From IMG/VR virus record IMGVR_UViG_3300022223_000001, positions 4,805 through 68,804 of that record: 64,000 bases of DNA; one strand, 5' to 3'. The notes below the pieces were generated by a model. The model was not told the DNA's origin. It did no database searches and was given only the letters and a program-made list of their open reading frames with translations. Made by a program: the position numbers and the translations under genes. Shown here in pieces: positions 28,777 through 37,375 of the stretch (positions are counted from its first letter, which is position 1; each line of letters opens with the position of its first letter). Origin of the DNA: a virus.

Positions 28777-29403
28777 TTTTTTCGCGCGGTCCGTGAGCCA
28801 GCGCGCAAAACCCTCGATCTCGGGCATTGAGAGCACCCCCGCTCGACGCGAGATGTCCGCGTTGATCACGGCGTGCTCGCCGATTTTTGCCTCGATTCCG
28901 GACGGCAACTCGTCCCCAGACCTCAGCAGTCGGCGATAGAGCGTAAGCGCTAATTCGTAGTGCAAGCCAGACGATTTTCGCCCCAGCCCTACGCGGTCGT
29001 CCAACAGAAAGTCGTGCTCGGTCGCGAGAAGATCCTTCGCATGAAAGCGAGTAAAATCTTCCCACGCTGAGGAGAGCATGCGCACGACGGCGTGCGCGCC
29101 CAACGCGTTATCGTTGTCCGCCTCGGCCAGCAGGCGCAATTCGAGGTGGTCTTTGTAATAGGGCTCGTCGAGCGCCGCGTCGGTAAAAAACTGCGCGCTG
29201 AGCCCCAGCGCATCGATTGCCGCCTCGCACGTCTCCCACTTCGCCTTACGTTTACCTGACAGCAACAGCGAAAAATGCGGCTGGGGGATGCCGAGGCGAC
29301 GTGCTGCGGCGCTTTTGGCGCCGTGTCCGTCGTACTCCGCAACGAGCTGTCGGCAGAGAAGCTGAAATCTCGCTGCCGCAAGAGTGGGGCGCTTTCTGAT
29401 CAT
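28765..29403 (-). CDS. Immunity repressor (Cro/C1 HTH), no S24 peptidase evident
   Basis: KSAAARRLGIPQPHFSLLLSGKR HTH; divergent from a Cro-like gene. Confidence 0.75.
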   Translation of the reverse strand: MIRKRPTLAAARFQLLCRQLVAEYDGHGAKSAAARRLGIPQPHFSLLLSGKRKAKWETCEAAIDALGLSAQFFTDAALDEPYYKDHLELRLLAEADNDNALGAHAVVRMLSSAWEDFTRFHAKDLLATEHDFLLDDRVGLGRKSSGLHYELALTLYRRLLRSGDELPSGIEAKIGEHAVINADISRRAGVLSMPEIEGFARWLTDRAKKSAS

Positions 29404-29427
29404 TACACGTGTTGTACGCGCCCCGGA

Positions 29428-29467
29428 ATAACATGCGTATTGACTGGCGCATGACAAAGCGTATAGT
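29428..29467 (+). promoter_or_regulatory. PR-like sigma70 promoter with operator-like sites
   Basis: TTGACT(29440)-N16-TATAGT(29462); ATAACATGCGTATT and ATGACAAAGCGTAT overlap it. Confidence 0.7.
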
Positions 29468-29474
29468 TCTGTAT

Positions 29475-29741
29475 GTGAGTACGGTTCATCAACGGTTCGC
29501 TGCATGGGTCGACTGGCTGGGAGTGTCTCAGGCTGCGGTCGGAAAAATGATCGGCGGCACCCAGGGAGCTGTCAGTCACATCCTAAATGGCAGGCGCAAC
29601 GCCGGGAGGCTGTGCTTCGCGATTGAGGACGCCATGCGCCAGCCGCACCCGGTTACGGGCGAAACCTATTCGAAGGCGCCGATCGACCCACGGGAGTGGC
29701 GCGTGGCGCCGAAGCGTTCGCGGGCAACCAAAGCCGCATGA
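29475..29741 (+). CDS. Cro-like HTH regulator
   Basis: SQAAVGKMIGGTQGAVSHILNGRR; GTG lies about 7 nt after the -10. Confidence 0.75.
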   Translation: MSTVHQRFAAWVDWLGVSQAAVGKMIGGTQGAVSHILNGRRNAGRLCFAIEDAMRQPHPVTGETYSKAPIDPREWRVAPKRSRATKAA

Positions 29742-29784
29742 CCTCACCATACGGACGCTGCGCCACGCACTAAAGGGGACTGCG

Positions 29785-30378
29785 ATGCGAAATTCGACAC
29801 CTAAACTCACTGTCAGACGCGACTCGGCCGAAAAGACACTGTGGCGGCAAGACTACGAAGCCGCACGAAAGCACTTCGGGATTTCCTACGACGCCATCGG
29901 CGCTCACTGTGGGGTAAGCAAGAACAAGGCAGCCCTGTGGGGCAAGCCAGATAGGTTGCTGCCCAACGCGGAACACCTACGGAAAATGCCCGCAGAGATC
30001 CGCGCGTTCCTTCGCGCACGTGAAGCCGCGCGCGAAGGTCTGGCAGTGGTGCTCGCAGAAGCCGATGGGCTCGACAACCACCAGCGACAGACGGAGATGA
30101 CCGTCAAGATGTGCGACCTGATGTCGCTGCACGCCAACGTGCTCGCAGACGGCAAGCGCACGCGCAACGAAACCGTGCAGCTGATTCCGGTGCTCGACGA
30201 GGTGATCCACGCGCTCACCAGCGCTCGCACGACGCTGCAGCAGGAGCTGGACGCGTCCGAAGGCAACGTCTTTCCGTTCGTTCGCACACCAGCTCCACCG
30301 CCGCCACCGGGAGCGGGGACGGCGGTGCCAGCAGCGGCGCCAGCAGCACGCAGGTCCCTCAACCGCGAAAGCGCGTAG
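29785..30378 (+). CDS. CII-like regulatory protein
   Basis: N-terminal HTH (SYDAIGAHCGVSKNKAALW), C-terminal LADGK.T..E...L motif; position after cro. Confidence 0.6.
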   Translation: MRNSTPKLTVRRDSAEKTLWRQDYEAARKHFGISYDAIGAHCGVSKNKAALWGKPDRLLPNAEHLRKMPAEIRAFLRAREAAREGLAVVLAEADGLDNHQRQTEMTVKMCDLMSLHANVLADGKRTRNETVQLIPVLDEVIHALTSARTTLQQELDASEGNVFPFVRTPAPPPPPGAGTAVPAAAPAARRSLNRESA

Positions 30379-30398
30379 GCCGTAGGCAACTCCAGCCC

Positions 30399-30749
30399 AT
30401 GAAGGTCATCTACATCGCCGGCCCCTTCCGAGCCCCCACGGGCTGGAAAGTCGAGCAGAACGTCCGCCGCGCCGAAGAGTGCGGGTTCCGTGTCGCGCAG
30501 CTCGGCGGGATGCCTTTGATCCCGCACACCAACACCCGCTTTTTCAACGGAGAACTGACTGACCAGTTTTGGCTCGACGGAACGCTCGAGCTACTCAAGC
30601 GCTGCGACGCCGTCATGCTGGTCGACGGGTGGACCTCTTCGACAGGTGCGCGCGGCGAGTTCGACTACGCGCAGGCCAACGGCATTCCGTGCTTCGTCAG
30701 CTACACGGAACTCGAAGAGTGGCTCTCTGAGTCAGGTCAGACAGCATGA
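30399..30749 (+). CDS. DUF4406/DUF1937 nucleoside deoxyribosyltransferase-like protein
   Basis: IYIAGPF...PH.N...W....LL.RCDAV....GW..S.GA..E...A...GIP. Confidence 0.85.
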   Translation: MKVIYIAGPFRAPTGWKVEQNVRRAEECGFRVAQLGGMPLIPHTNTRFFNGELTDQFWLDGTLELLKRCDAVMLVDGWTSSTGARGEFDYAQANGIPCFVSYTELEEWLSESGQTA

Positions 30750-33304
30750 CGGCAGGCAAGCCCAAGCTCACCAAGCTGCCCGAGGGCGCGATTCGCGTGG
30801 CCGAAGTGCCCACCGAGCGCATCCTCATCAAGGACCACCTCGACAACCTCAAGACCTCGGGCCTGACCGAGGAGACGATCCGCCTGCTCGGCTGGTACAC
30901 CGAGCACGGCCCTCGCGAACTCAAGCGCCTGCTCAACTGGAAACGCGCCTGGGCGCGGACCATGGGCGCGGGCTTGGTCATCCCCTATCGCGTGCCCGGG
31001 CAGAGCGATCCGGTGTTCCATCGCGTGCGCCCCAGCAAGCCGCGCTTGGTCACCAAGAACGGCAAACAGTCGACGAGGAAATACGAGCAACCGGAAGATG
31101 TTCGTACCGCGCCCTTCTTCCCGCCGCGCAGCATCTCGACGGGCGCGCTCAAGGACGTCACCCAGCCGCTCTATTTCACAGAGGGCGAAAAGAAAGCCGC
31201 CACGCTCGACCAACTTGGTTACGCGACGGTCGGCTTCCCTGGCGTGTTCAACTACCACGACGCGACCAAATACAACTCGAGAACCAAGGAAGGGCTCGAG
31301 TTGCATCCGTTGCTGATCGAACACGTAGCCTACGCTGCGCGCCATTGCGTCATCGTCTACGACGGTGACACCCGAACGAACGACCTCAACCAGCTCGCAG
31401 CGCAACGCCTGGCGGGACTGCTGCTCGCCGCCGGCGCGCGCAGCGTCACCATGGTGCTGCCGCCCGATGCCGAGTCGAAGCAGGGCATCGACGACTACTT
31501 CGTGGCGCATGGCGAGGAGGCCACGCACACGCTGCTGCGCGAAGGCCAGCAGCCCATCGAAGCGCTGTCGCCCGAAAGCCCCCTGCCCAAGATTCACTCG
31601 ATCCGCTCCATGCGAACGGCCCCGGTGCACAAGGGAATGCGGCTGCCGCCGGGCTACGAAATCGACGGCCGGGATGCCGAGCTGTGGATCGAACCCGAAG
31701 AGGAAAAGAAGCAGCCGACACGCATCGCCTCCACCCCCATCCTGATTCGTCAGTTGCTGGTGGACCTCTACAGCGGCGAAGAGCGCGTCGAGGTCGTGTT
31801 CCTGCGCAACGGCCGTTGGATGACCGCGTGCGTCGACCGCCGGGCCATCGCCGATGCGCGCACCATGATCGGTGACCTCATTCCCCTGGGTGCGCCCGTC
31901 ACCAGCAACAATGCTTCGAAGCTGGTCGACTGGTTCGAGGCCTTCGAGCGCGTCAACGCCTCGCGCCTCGAGCGCGTGCCGTGCATCGGCCGCGCCGGGT
32001 GGCATGAGGTCCACGAGCGCGACGTCTTTGTACTCGACCAGATCGTGGGTACAAAGGAGCCGATCGAGATCGACACGCGGGGCGACCGTCGGAAGCTCTT
32101 CGGCTCGCTTGGGCGCAAGGGCAGCCCTGCGGCGCACATCGACGCGTTGCGGCGCACCTGGCAGTCGGACCTCACCGCCGCGGTGATGATCGCTGGAGCG
32201 CTGGCCGCTCCGCTGCTCAAGGGAATCTGCGCGCCGAATTTCGCCATCCACTTGCCGGGTGATTCGTCCCGCGGCAAGACCTCGATGCTGAAGGTCGCAG
32301 CGTCGGTCTACGGCGACCCGAACAACGACCAGTGGGTGGGCAACTGGAACACGACCGCCGTCGGCGCCGAGCTGCGCGCCGCTGTGCTGTCGGACTTGCC
32401 GCTGTGCTTCGACGAGGTCGGCGCCGGCGACATGAAGCAGACCGAGAAGCTGGTTTACATGCTGATCAACGGCGGCGGCAAAGCGCGCGGCCAGAAGGAC
32501 CTGCAGCTGCGCGAGACGCCGTCCTGGCGCACGGTGCTGCTCAGCACGGGAGAGCACGAACTCGCCGACGAGCGCGCCAGCACGGGCGCCCAGATCCGAG
32601 TCCTCCAGTTCCACGTCGGCGCCTTTGGTGACCTGGGCGCCGAGGGGGTGGACGAGCTACGCGAGGCGGCCTGCGCCAACTACGGCCATGTCGGGCAGCA
32701 GTGGGTGGAGGCGCTGCTCGAGATCGAGGATTGGAGAGAGTTCATCGACGTCTACCGGGAGTTCACGCGCCTGCTTCGGAGCAAGGCCACCAATCACCTG
32801 CAACAGCGCGCGGCCATCTACTTCGCCGTGCTCTGCACCGCCGAGTCGATGGCCCACAGCCTGTGTGGTCTCGGCCAGAAGAACGGCGAGACGATGCAGT
32901 GGGCGTTCAAGGACGTTGAGGGAGTGCGCGACGACGTAAAACCCCTCGGAGAGAGGGCGCTCGACCTCACCCGCGACTGGCTCGCATCCGAGCCGCTGGC
33001 ATTCCCCGCTCTGGGCCGAACGTGCATGGGCGACGAGGAGGCGAAGAGCACCCCGGTGCTGGTGCACGGGTACCGGCGTGACGACGGCTCGACGCTTTTC
33101 ATCCCGAAGCAGCTGCAGGCGTTCATGGCTAAACAGGGCCTGTCGTACCGGGAGGTGCTGCGCGGGTGGGCCGGGCAAGGGTGGGTCGACAGCGGCAGCG
33201 GGCAGTTTGCGAAGCCGGTGAGGATCGAGGGGCGGGTGCAGCGGATGGTGGTGCTCAGCGCGGCCGCGTCGTCGGGAAAGATGAGCATGGAGGCGGAAAC
33301 CTGA
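30746..33304 (+). CDS. Primase-helicase (Toprim DUF3854 plus DUF927/Cch-type helicase)
   Basis: KYEQP, FTEGEKKA, IVYDGD, GIDDY Toprim motifs; GW; GDSSRGKTS Walker A; LCFDE; W.T..LSTGE. Confidence 0.9.
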   Translation: MTAGKPKLTKLPEGAIRVAEVPTERILIKDHLDNLKTSGLTEETIRLLGWYTEHGPRELKRLLNWKRAWARTMGAGLVIPYRVPGQSDPVFHRVRPSKPRLVTKNGKQSTRKYEQPEDVRTAPFFPPRSISTGALKDVTQPLYFTEGEKKAATLDQLGYATVGFPGVFNYHDATKYNSRTKEGLELHPLLIEHVAYAARHCVIVYDGDTRTNDLNQLAAQRLAGLLLAAGARSVTMVLPPDAESKQGIDDYFVAHGEEATHTLLREGQQPIEALSPESPLPKIHSIRSMRTAPVHKGMRLPPGYEIDGRDAELWIEPEEEKKQPTRIASTPILIRQLLVDLYSGEERVEVVFLRNGRWMTACVDRRAIADARTMIGDLIPLGAPVTSNNASKLVDWFEAFERVNASRLERVPCIGRAGWHEVHERDVFVLDQIVGTKEPIEIDTRGDRRKLFGSLGRKGSPAAHIDALRRTWQSDLTAAVMIAGALAAPLLKGICAPNFAIHLPGDSSRGKTSMLKVAASVYGDPNNDQWVGNWNTTAVGAELRAAVLSDLPLCFDEVGAGDMKQTEKLVYMLINGGGKARGQKDLQLRETPSWRTVLLSTGEHELADERASTGAQIRVLQFHVGAFGDLGAEGVDELREAACANYGHVGQQWVEALLEIEDWREFIDVYREFTRLLRSKATNHLQQRAAIYFAVLCTAESMAHSLCGLGQKNGETMQWAFKDVEGVRDDVKPLGERALDLTRDWLASEPLAFPALGRTCMGDEEAKSTPVLVHGYRRDDGSTLFIPKQLQAFMAKQGLSYREVLRGWAGQGWVDSGSGQFAKPVRIEGRVQRMVVLSAAASSGKMSMEAET

Positions 33305-33318
33305 ACGATTCCGTGAAT

Positions 33319-33618
33319 GTTACTGGCTGTTACTGGTCAGTTACTGGTTTGGGTTCCGGGATTCTTCAAGGATTCCGCGGCAGTTACTGGTGTTACTGGT
33401 TGTTACTGGAAATTCGAATGCACTTAAGGAGCGAATTTGGGCGTCTTTTGGGGCGAGTGGGGAGGCTGGGGAGAAAACCCCGGGAACTCCCTATAATGCG
33501 TACTACTTGTGTAACACCAGTAACACCAGTAACTGAGGGTCTAACCCTCCGAAATCATTCGAAGTCGGTGTTACTGGTCTGTTACTGGTTTGGCGTTTTC
33601 GTCCAGAAAACCAGTAAC
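33319..33618. repeat. Iteron array, probable replication origin
   Basis: 11 exact GTTACTGG copies (8 direct, 3 inverted) in an AT-richer intergenic region directly after the primase-helicase. Confidence 0.85.
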
Positions 33619-33629
33619 ACGGGGGCGCC

Positions 33630-34388
33630 ATGGGCCGTTTGAGGGCCTCCGTCGTCGACATCGACGAGCAGCTGCCGCTCTTCGGCGGCGAGGCCGGCGC
33701 GGGCGTGGGCAAAGCCGCCAGCTCCCCGAATAGGCCCAGCAGCTCCCCGAATAGGCCGCCAGCGCCCGCCAGCGCCTCCACGCGCCCTGCAACCGCCAGC
33801 GCCGCCCCAGCGCCCCAGCCTGGGCCTGCGCGCCCCGCTGAGGCCGGTAGCGCCCCGGGAAAGCCGGTTGTCGCCCCTGCCGCCGCCCCTGCCGCCGCCC
33901 CTTCCGCCGCCGCCGTCCCGCTCCATGCCCCCGCCGCGCTTCGCATCTTCGAACTCGGCGAGCTGCCAGCACGCTTCCTCGCATCGTTGCCGGCGCCGTG
34001 GGCCGCCGTGGGCCGCCACCCGACCGCAGCCGCCCCGATTGTGCTCACTACGTCGAAGCCGGCGTACGCGGCCGCCAGGGCCCGGCGCTGGCCTGTGTTC
34101 GTGGGGCGCGAACTGCTGGCGCTGGCGCTGGCCGCCCAGCACGAGCGCCTCGTCGGCACCGACTTGCCCGACTGGTGTGCGCGTAAGGCCCAGGCGCCCG
34201 AGTGGAAGCTCACGCCCCAGGTCGCCCTCGGCCTGGGGCCGGCCGGCGCGCGCCTCGAGCTGGGCGACGTCACGGTCGCCGAGATGTTGCGGGCGGCGGA
34301 CCTCGAGCTGATCGACGCGGTGGTCGGCGACGAGGACGGGCGCGCACTGATCGAGCAGCTGCAGCAGCAGCGAGAGGAGGCCGCCTGA
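33630..34388 (+). CDS. Hypothetical protein with Pro/Ala-rich N-terminus
   Basis: 252-aa ORF coupled to the RuvC-like gene. Confidence 0.5.
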   Translation: MGRLRASVVDIDEQLPLFGGEAGAGVGKAASSPNRPSSSPNRPPAPASASTRPATASAAPAPQPGPARPAEAGSAPGKPVVAPAAAPAAAPSAAAVPLHAPAALRIFELGELPARFLASLPAPWAAVGRHPTAAAPIVLTTSKPAYAAARARRWPVFVGRELLALALAAQHERLVGTDLPDWCARKAQAPEWKLTPQVALGLGPAGARLELGDVTVAEMLRAADLELIDAVVGDEDGRALIEQLQQQREEAA

Positions 34389-34954
34389 TGTCGAGCACGA
34401 CCCCACGCAAGCGCAAGGCGTCCCGCCGCAAGCCACCGCCCCCCCCGCCGCGCCTGGTGCCCTGGCCGGTGGTCGTGTTGGCGATCGACCCGGGGCTCAC
34501 TTCGGGTTGGGCGCTGTGGGCCGCCGGCAAGTACGTCGACTCGGGCGAGGTGGATGCCCTCGACCCGGCGGCTGTGGCCAGGGTGGTGAGCGGCGCGATG
34601 CTGACGGCCGAGCTGGCCTCCATGCCCGCGGTGCTGGTCTACGAGCGGTCGTGGTCGCAGCGCTCGCTAGGCCCTACGCGGCCGATCTGGAAAGCCGCGT
34701 GGAAGGCCGGTGGCGGGGTGCAGAAGTACGTGGTCGGCTTTTACCCGGCCACGTGGCGCGCGCGCGTGCTCGAGAAGGGAATGCACGCGGCACCGACCGA
34801 TGTTGTGCGACGCGCCGAGCAGCGGACCGCCGCCCGCATTGCGCGTCGTCGCGTAGGCGTTGATGAAGCGCCCGCGGTCTGCATGGGCCAGTGCGGCTGT
34901 CACGCCGGCGAGGTGGGCGCGGTGCTGCCGCAGAAGATTCGGGAGGCGGCATGA
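34388..34954 (+). CDS. RuvC-like (RNase H fold) Holliday junction resolvase
   Basis: VLAIDPGLTSGWAL, VYE, PATWR, DEA.A. Confidence 0.7.
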   Translation: MSSTTPRKRKASRRKPPPPPPRLVPWPVVVLAIDPGLTSGWALWAAGKYVDSGEVDALDPAAVARVVSGAMLTAELASMPAVLVYERSWSQRSLGPTRPIWKAAWKAGGGVQKYVVGFYPATWRARVLEKGMHAAPTDVVRRAEQRTAARIARRRVGVDEAPAVCMGQCGCHAGEVGAVLPQKIREAA

Positions 34955-35187
34955 GCGACCTGCTGGACACCCCATGGCTCGACATGGAGCGCCCCGACCA
35001 CCGCATCGCGTGGGTGGCTGCCATGGAGCTGATGCCACGCGCACCGAGCGTGGAAACGGCCGCATTTTATCCACGTGTCGCTGCGGCCGCCCACCGAGCG
35101 GCTGCAGACATCGCAAAGGAGTTCGCAGCGACGATTGCGAACATGGCCTCGAAGCGGCGCGCGCCAGGCTGGGGGACCGATGGGTAG
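34951..35187 (+). CDS. Hypothetical protein
   Basis: GGGAGG RBS, ATGA coupling. Confidence 0.5.
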   Translation: MSDLLDTPWLDMERPDHRIAWVAAMELMPRAPSVETAAFYPRVAAAAHRAAADIAKEFAATIANMASKRRAPGWGTDG

Positions 35188-35761
35188 CTCAGCCGCCGCA
35201 CGCAAGCTGTCGGTGGTGGACACCGAGAGGTCGGCCTCCACTGAGCGGGTGCCCTATCAAACTCCGGGGCGCGGCCACCATCGCACAACGCTCCAACTCT
35301 CGCGCGAGTCGAAGCGGGCGCGCGCACGCCACCGCAGCAGCGTCACCGCCGAAGAGCTGGCCGAGCTGGAGCGACTGCGGCCGCGCACCCGAGGCGATTG
35401 CGTTGATGGTCTCCGGCCATGTCCGTTCGCCGGCTGCCGCTATCACCTCTATCTCGACGTCGACGAGGACAAGCGCAGCCGTCGTGCTCCCGACGTGGTG
35501 AACATCAACATCCCTCGCCCCGATGTGCCCATCGAGCGCATGACCGAGAGCTGTGCGCTGGACGTCGCCGAGCGCGGGGGCGGCACGCTCGAAGATCTCG
35601 GTGTGATCTACGGTGTGAGTCGAGAGCGCATTCGACAGATTGAGGCCCATGCGCTCAAGCGCGTGCGGCTGCACGAGGGCGGTCGCCTCGAGGGTATGCA
35701 AGAGGCGCTGGACGAGCTCGAAGACGAGCGCAAGCGGCGATGCCAGGGAGGCGAGGGGTGA
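35180..35761 (+). CDS. Sigma70 region-4 HTH protein with Cys/His Zn motif (myxobacterial type)
   Basis: RPRTRGDC..G.RPCPF..C.YHLYLDV...ESCALDVAERGG.TLEDLG...GVSRERIRQIE..ALK. Confidence 0.8.
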   Translation: MGSSAAARKLSVVDTERSASTERVPYQTPGRGHHRTTLQLSRESKRARARHRSSVTAEELAELERLRPRTRGDCVDGLRPCPFAGCRYHLYLDVDEDKRSRRAPDVVNINIPRPDVPIERMTESCALDVAERGGGTLEDLGVIYGVSRERIRQIEAHALKRVRLHEGGRLEGMQEALDELEDERKRRCQGGEG

Positions 35762-36498
35762 AGCAGCAGTCACTCGATATGCTATGGCATGGCGATCAGC
35801 CGTGGTTTCGCCTCGACCAGGCAGACGCCGTCGAATGGTTGCTTTCGCTTCCGCCCGAGAGCGTTGATCTGTTCGTCACGGACCCGGCCTATGAGTCGCT
35901 CGAGAAGCATCGCAAGAATGGCACGACGACGCGCCTCGCGCACAGCAAAGCATCGAGCAACGACTGGTTCGACATTTTCCCGAACGAACGCTTCGAGCAG
36001 CTGCTACCGGCGATGCACCGGGCGTTGCGCCCCGACCGCCACTGCTACGTGATGTGCGACCAAGAGACGGGGTTCTACTTGGTCGAGCTGAACCGTCGCC
36101 TCGGCATCTTCACGTTCCACAAGGCGATCATCTGGGACAAGAAGCGCATCGGGATGGGCTACCACTACCGTGCCCGCCACGAGTGGATCCTCTTCTTCGA
36201 GAAGGGCAAGCGGAAGCTGAACGATCTCGGGGTGCCGGACGTGCTCGAGTTCGAGCGCGTGGTGGGTGGCTACCCGACCGAGAAGCCGGTGGGGCTGGTC
36301 GAGACTCTGATCAAGCAGAGCACCGCGGAGGGCGAGGTCGTGGTCGATCCGTTTGTGGGCTCGGGTTCCGCCGCGGAGGCTGCGTTGCGGTGTGCGCGCC
36401 GCTTCCATGGGTGTGACGTGAGCTATCAGGCGACGCAGCTTGCGGGGCAGCGTGTCTCGCGCTGGGTGCAGGGCGTGGCCCAGGGAGGCGAGAGGTAG
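35758..36498 (+). CDS. DNA methyltransferase, N6-A/N4-C beta class
   Basis: VTDPAY, GMGYHYR, YPTEKP, VDPFVGSGS. Confidence 0.9.
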   Translation: MKQQSLDMLWHGDQPWFRLDQADAVEWLLSLPPESVDLFVTDPAYESLEKHRKNGTTTRLAHSKASSNDWFDIFPNERFEQLLPAMHRALRPDRHCYVMCDQETGFYLVELNRRLGIFTFHKAIIWDKKRIGMGYHYRARHEWILFFEKGKRKLNDLGVPDVLEFERVVGGYPTEKPVGLVETLIKQSTAEGEVVVDPFVGSGSAAEAALRCARRFHGCDVSYQATQLAGQRVSRWVQGVAQGGER

Positions 36499-36547
36499 AT
36501 GCGCGAACCGCACCTGACAAAACCTGGCGCACGGAAAGGCTCTCGCT

Positions 36548-37375
36548 ATGAAACGTAGACTCAACCGAGAGCCAACGATTGGAGACTGGGGCCCGGTGGC
36601 ACTGCTGCTGCTCGTGGCGCTGGTGCTGTGCGCCTCGGCGGTGGCCGAAGGGCAAGCAGGTCAGGAAGGGAATGGAGATGGACAGGCGAGAGAAGTGCAG
36701 GCGAATCGCGCTCCAAGTGCTGGACGATATCTCAGCCGGGGAGCAATCGGACCTCGAAGAGGCAACGAGGGAGCTGCTGCGCATCAAGTGGCGGGTCGCG
36801 GCGAAGGAAAAGGGAAGGCTCGACAAGCGGACGATCGCGGCAAACGAGGGGCCCGAGGGCGACAGGATGCTCCGGTTGTTGATGGGGGACTAACCTTAGA
36901 GCCTGCCTCGATCGACCATCTCCCGATCCCCCCAGCCGAGTTCACCCGAGCCGCCCACCACGACCTAGCGCGTGCGTGCGCCGGCGAGGCGAACTTCCGG
37001 GCGACGCGAGACCACCTGATGATCGCTTTCGCCGAGGTGCGCTGGTGGCGCTATCAGCGCCGCGGCTGGTCGTTCCACGAGACGATCCGCCGGCACACGA
37101 TGCTGAAGGACGACAACGCGCGGGCGCGGCGCATCAAGGCGCTGCCGTGGCGCCCGCTGCCCGAGCAGCTCGGATGGATGCGACTGCTCACGCGCATCTG
37201 GCAGTGGTCGCAGGGCTGGCACGAGGACCCATGCCCGGGAGCGATTACGTGGCACGGCCGCGAGCCGACCGAACGCGCACGGAAGTGGGTGGGCGAGCGG
37301 CGGCTCGTGCGGCTCGAGTGCGGGACGGTCAACGTGCCGTATGCGCTGGCGGGGCGGGCTGGAGGTGAGGCGTGA
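36548..37375 (+). CDS. Secreted protein with putative SleB/Hydrolase_2-like cell wall hydrolase domain
   Basis: Signal-like ALLLLVALVLCASAVA; LARACAGEA and DPCPGA..WH motifs. Confidence 0.5.
   Translation: MKRRLNREPTIGDWGPVALLLLVALVLCASAVAEGQAGQEGNGDGQAREVQANRAPSAGRYLSRGAIGPRRGNEGAAAHQVAGRGEGKGKARQADDRGKRGARGRQDAPVVDGGLTLEPASIDHLPIPPAEFTRAAHHDLARACAGEANFRATRDHLMIAFAEVRWWRYQRRGWSFHETIRRHTMLKDDNARARRIKALPWRPLPEQLGWMRLLTRIWQWSQGWHEDPCPGAITWHGREPTERARKWVGERRLVRLECGTVNVPYALAGRAGGEA
36672..36893 (+). CDS. Nested out-of-frame 73-aa helical protein
   Basis: GGAAGGGA RBS; MEMDRREKCRRIALQVLDDI... reads as a natural protein, while the host frame here looks like off-frame translation. Confidence 0.45.
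   Translation: MEMDRREKCRRIALQVLDDISAGEQSDLEEATRELLRIKWRVAAKEKGRLDKRTIAANEGPEGDRMLRLLMGD

Noticed and set aside
30737-32614. Long antisense ORFs (also 7199-8455, 55642-57597, 60647-62056 and others)
   Set aside because: Shadow ORFs expected opposite high-GC3 genes; no motifs or RBS
33319-33618. CRISPR array
   Set aside because: 8-bp units in both orientations with no regular 30-40 nt spacers; fits iterons
33719-33757. 18-bp tandem duplication CAGCTCCCCGAATAGGCC
   Set aside because: In-frame duplication in a low-complexity linker; no sign of function
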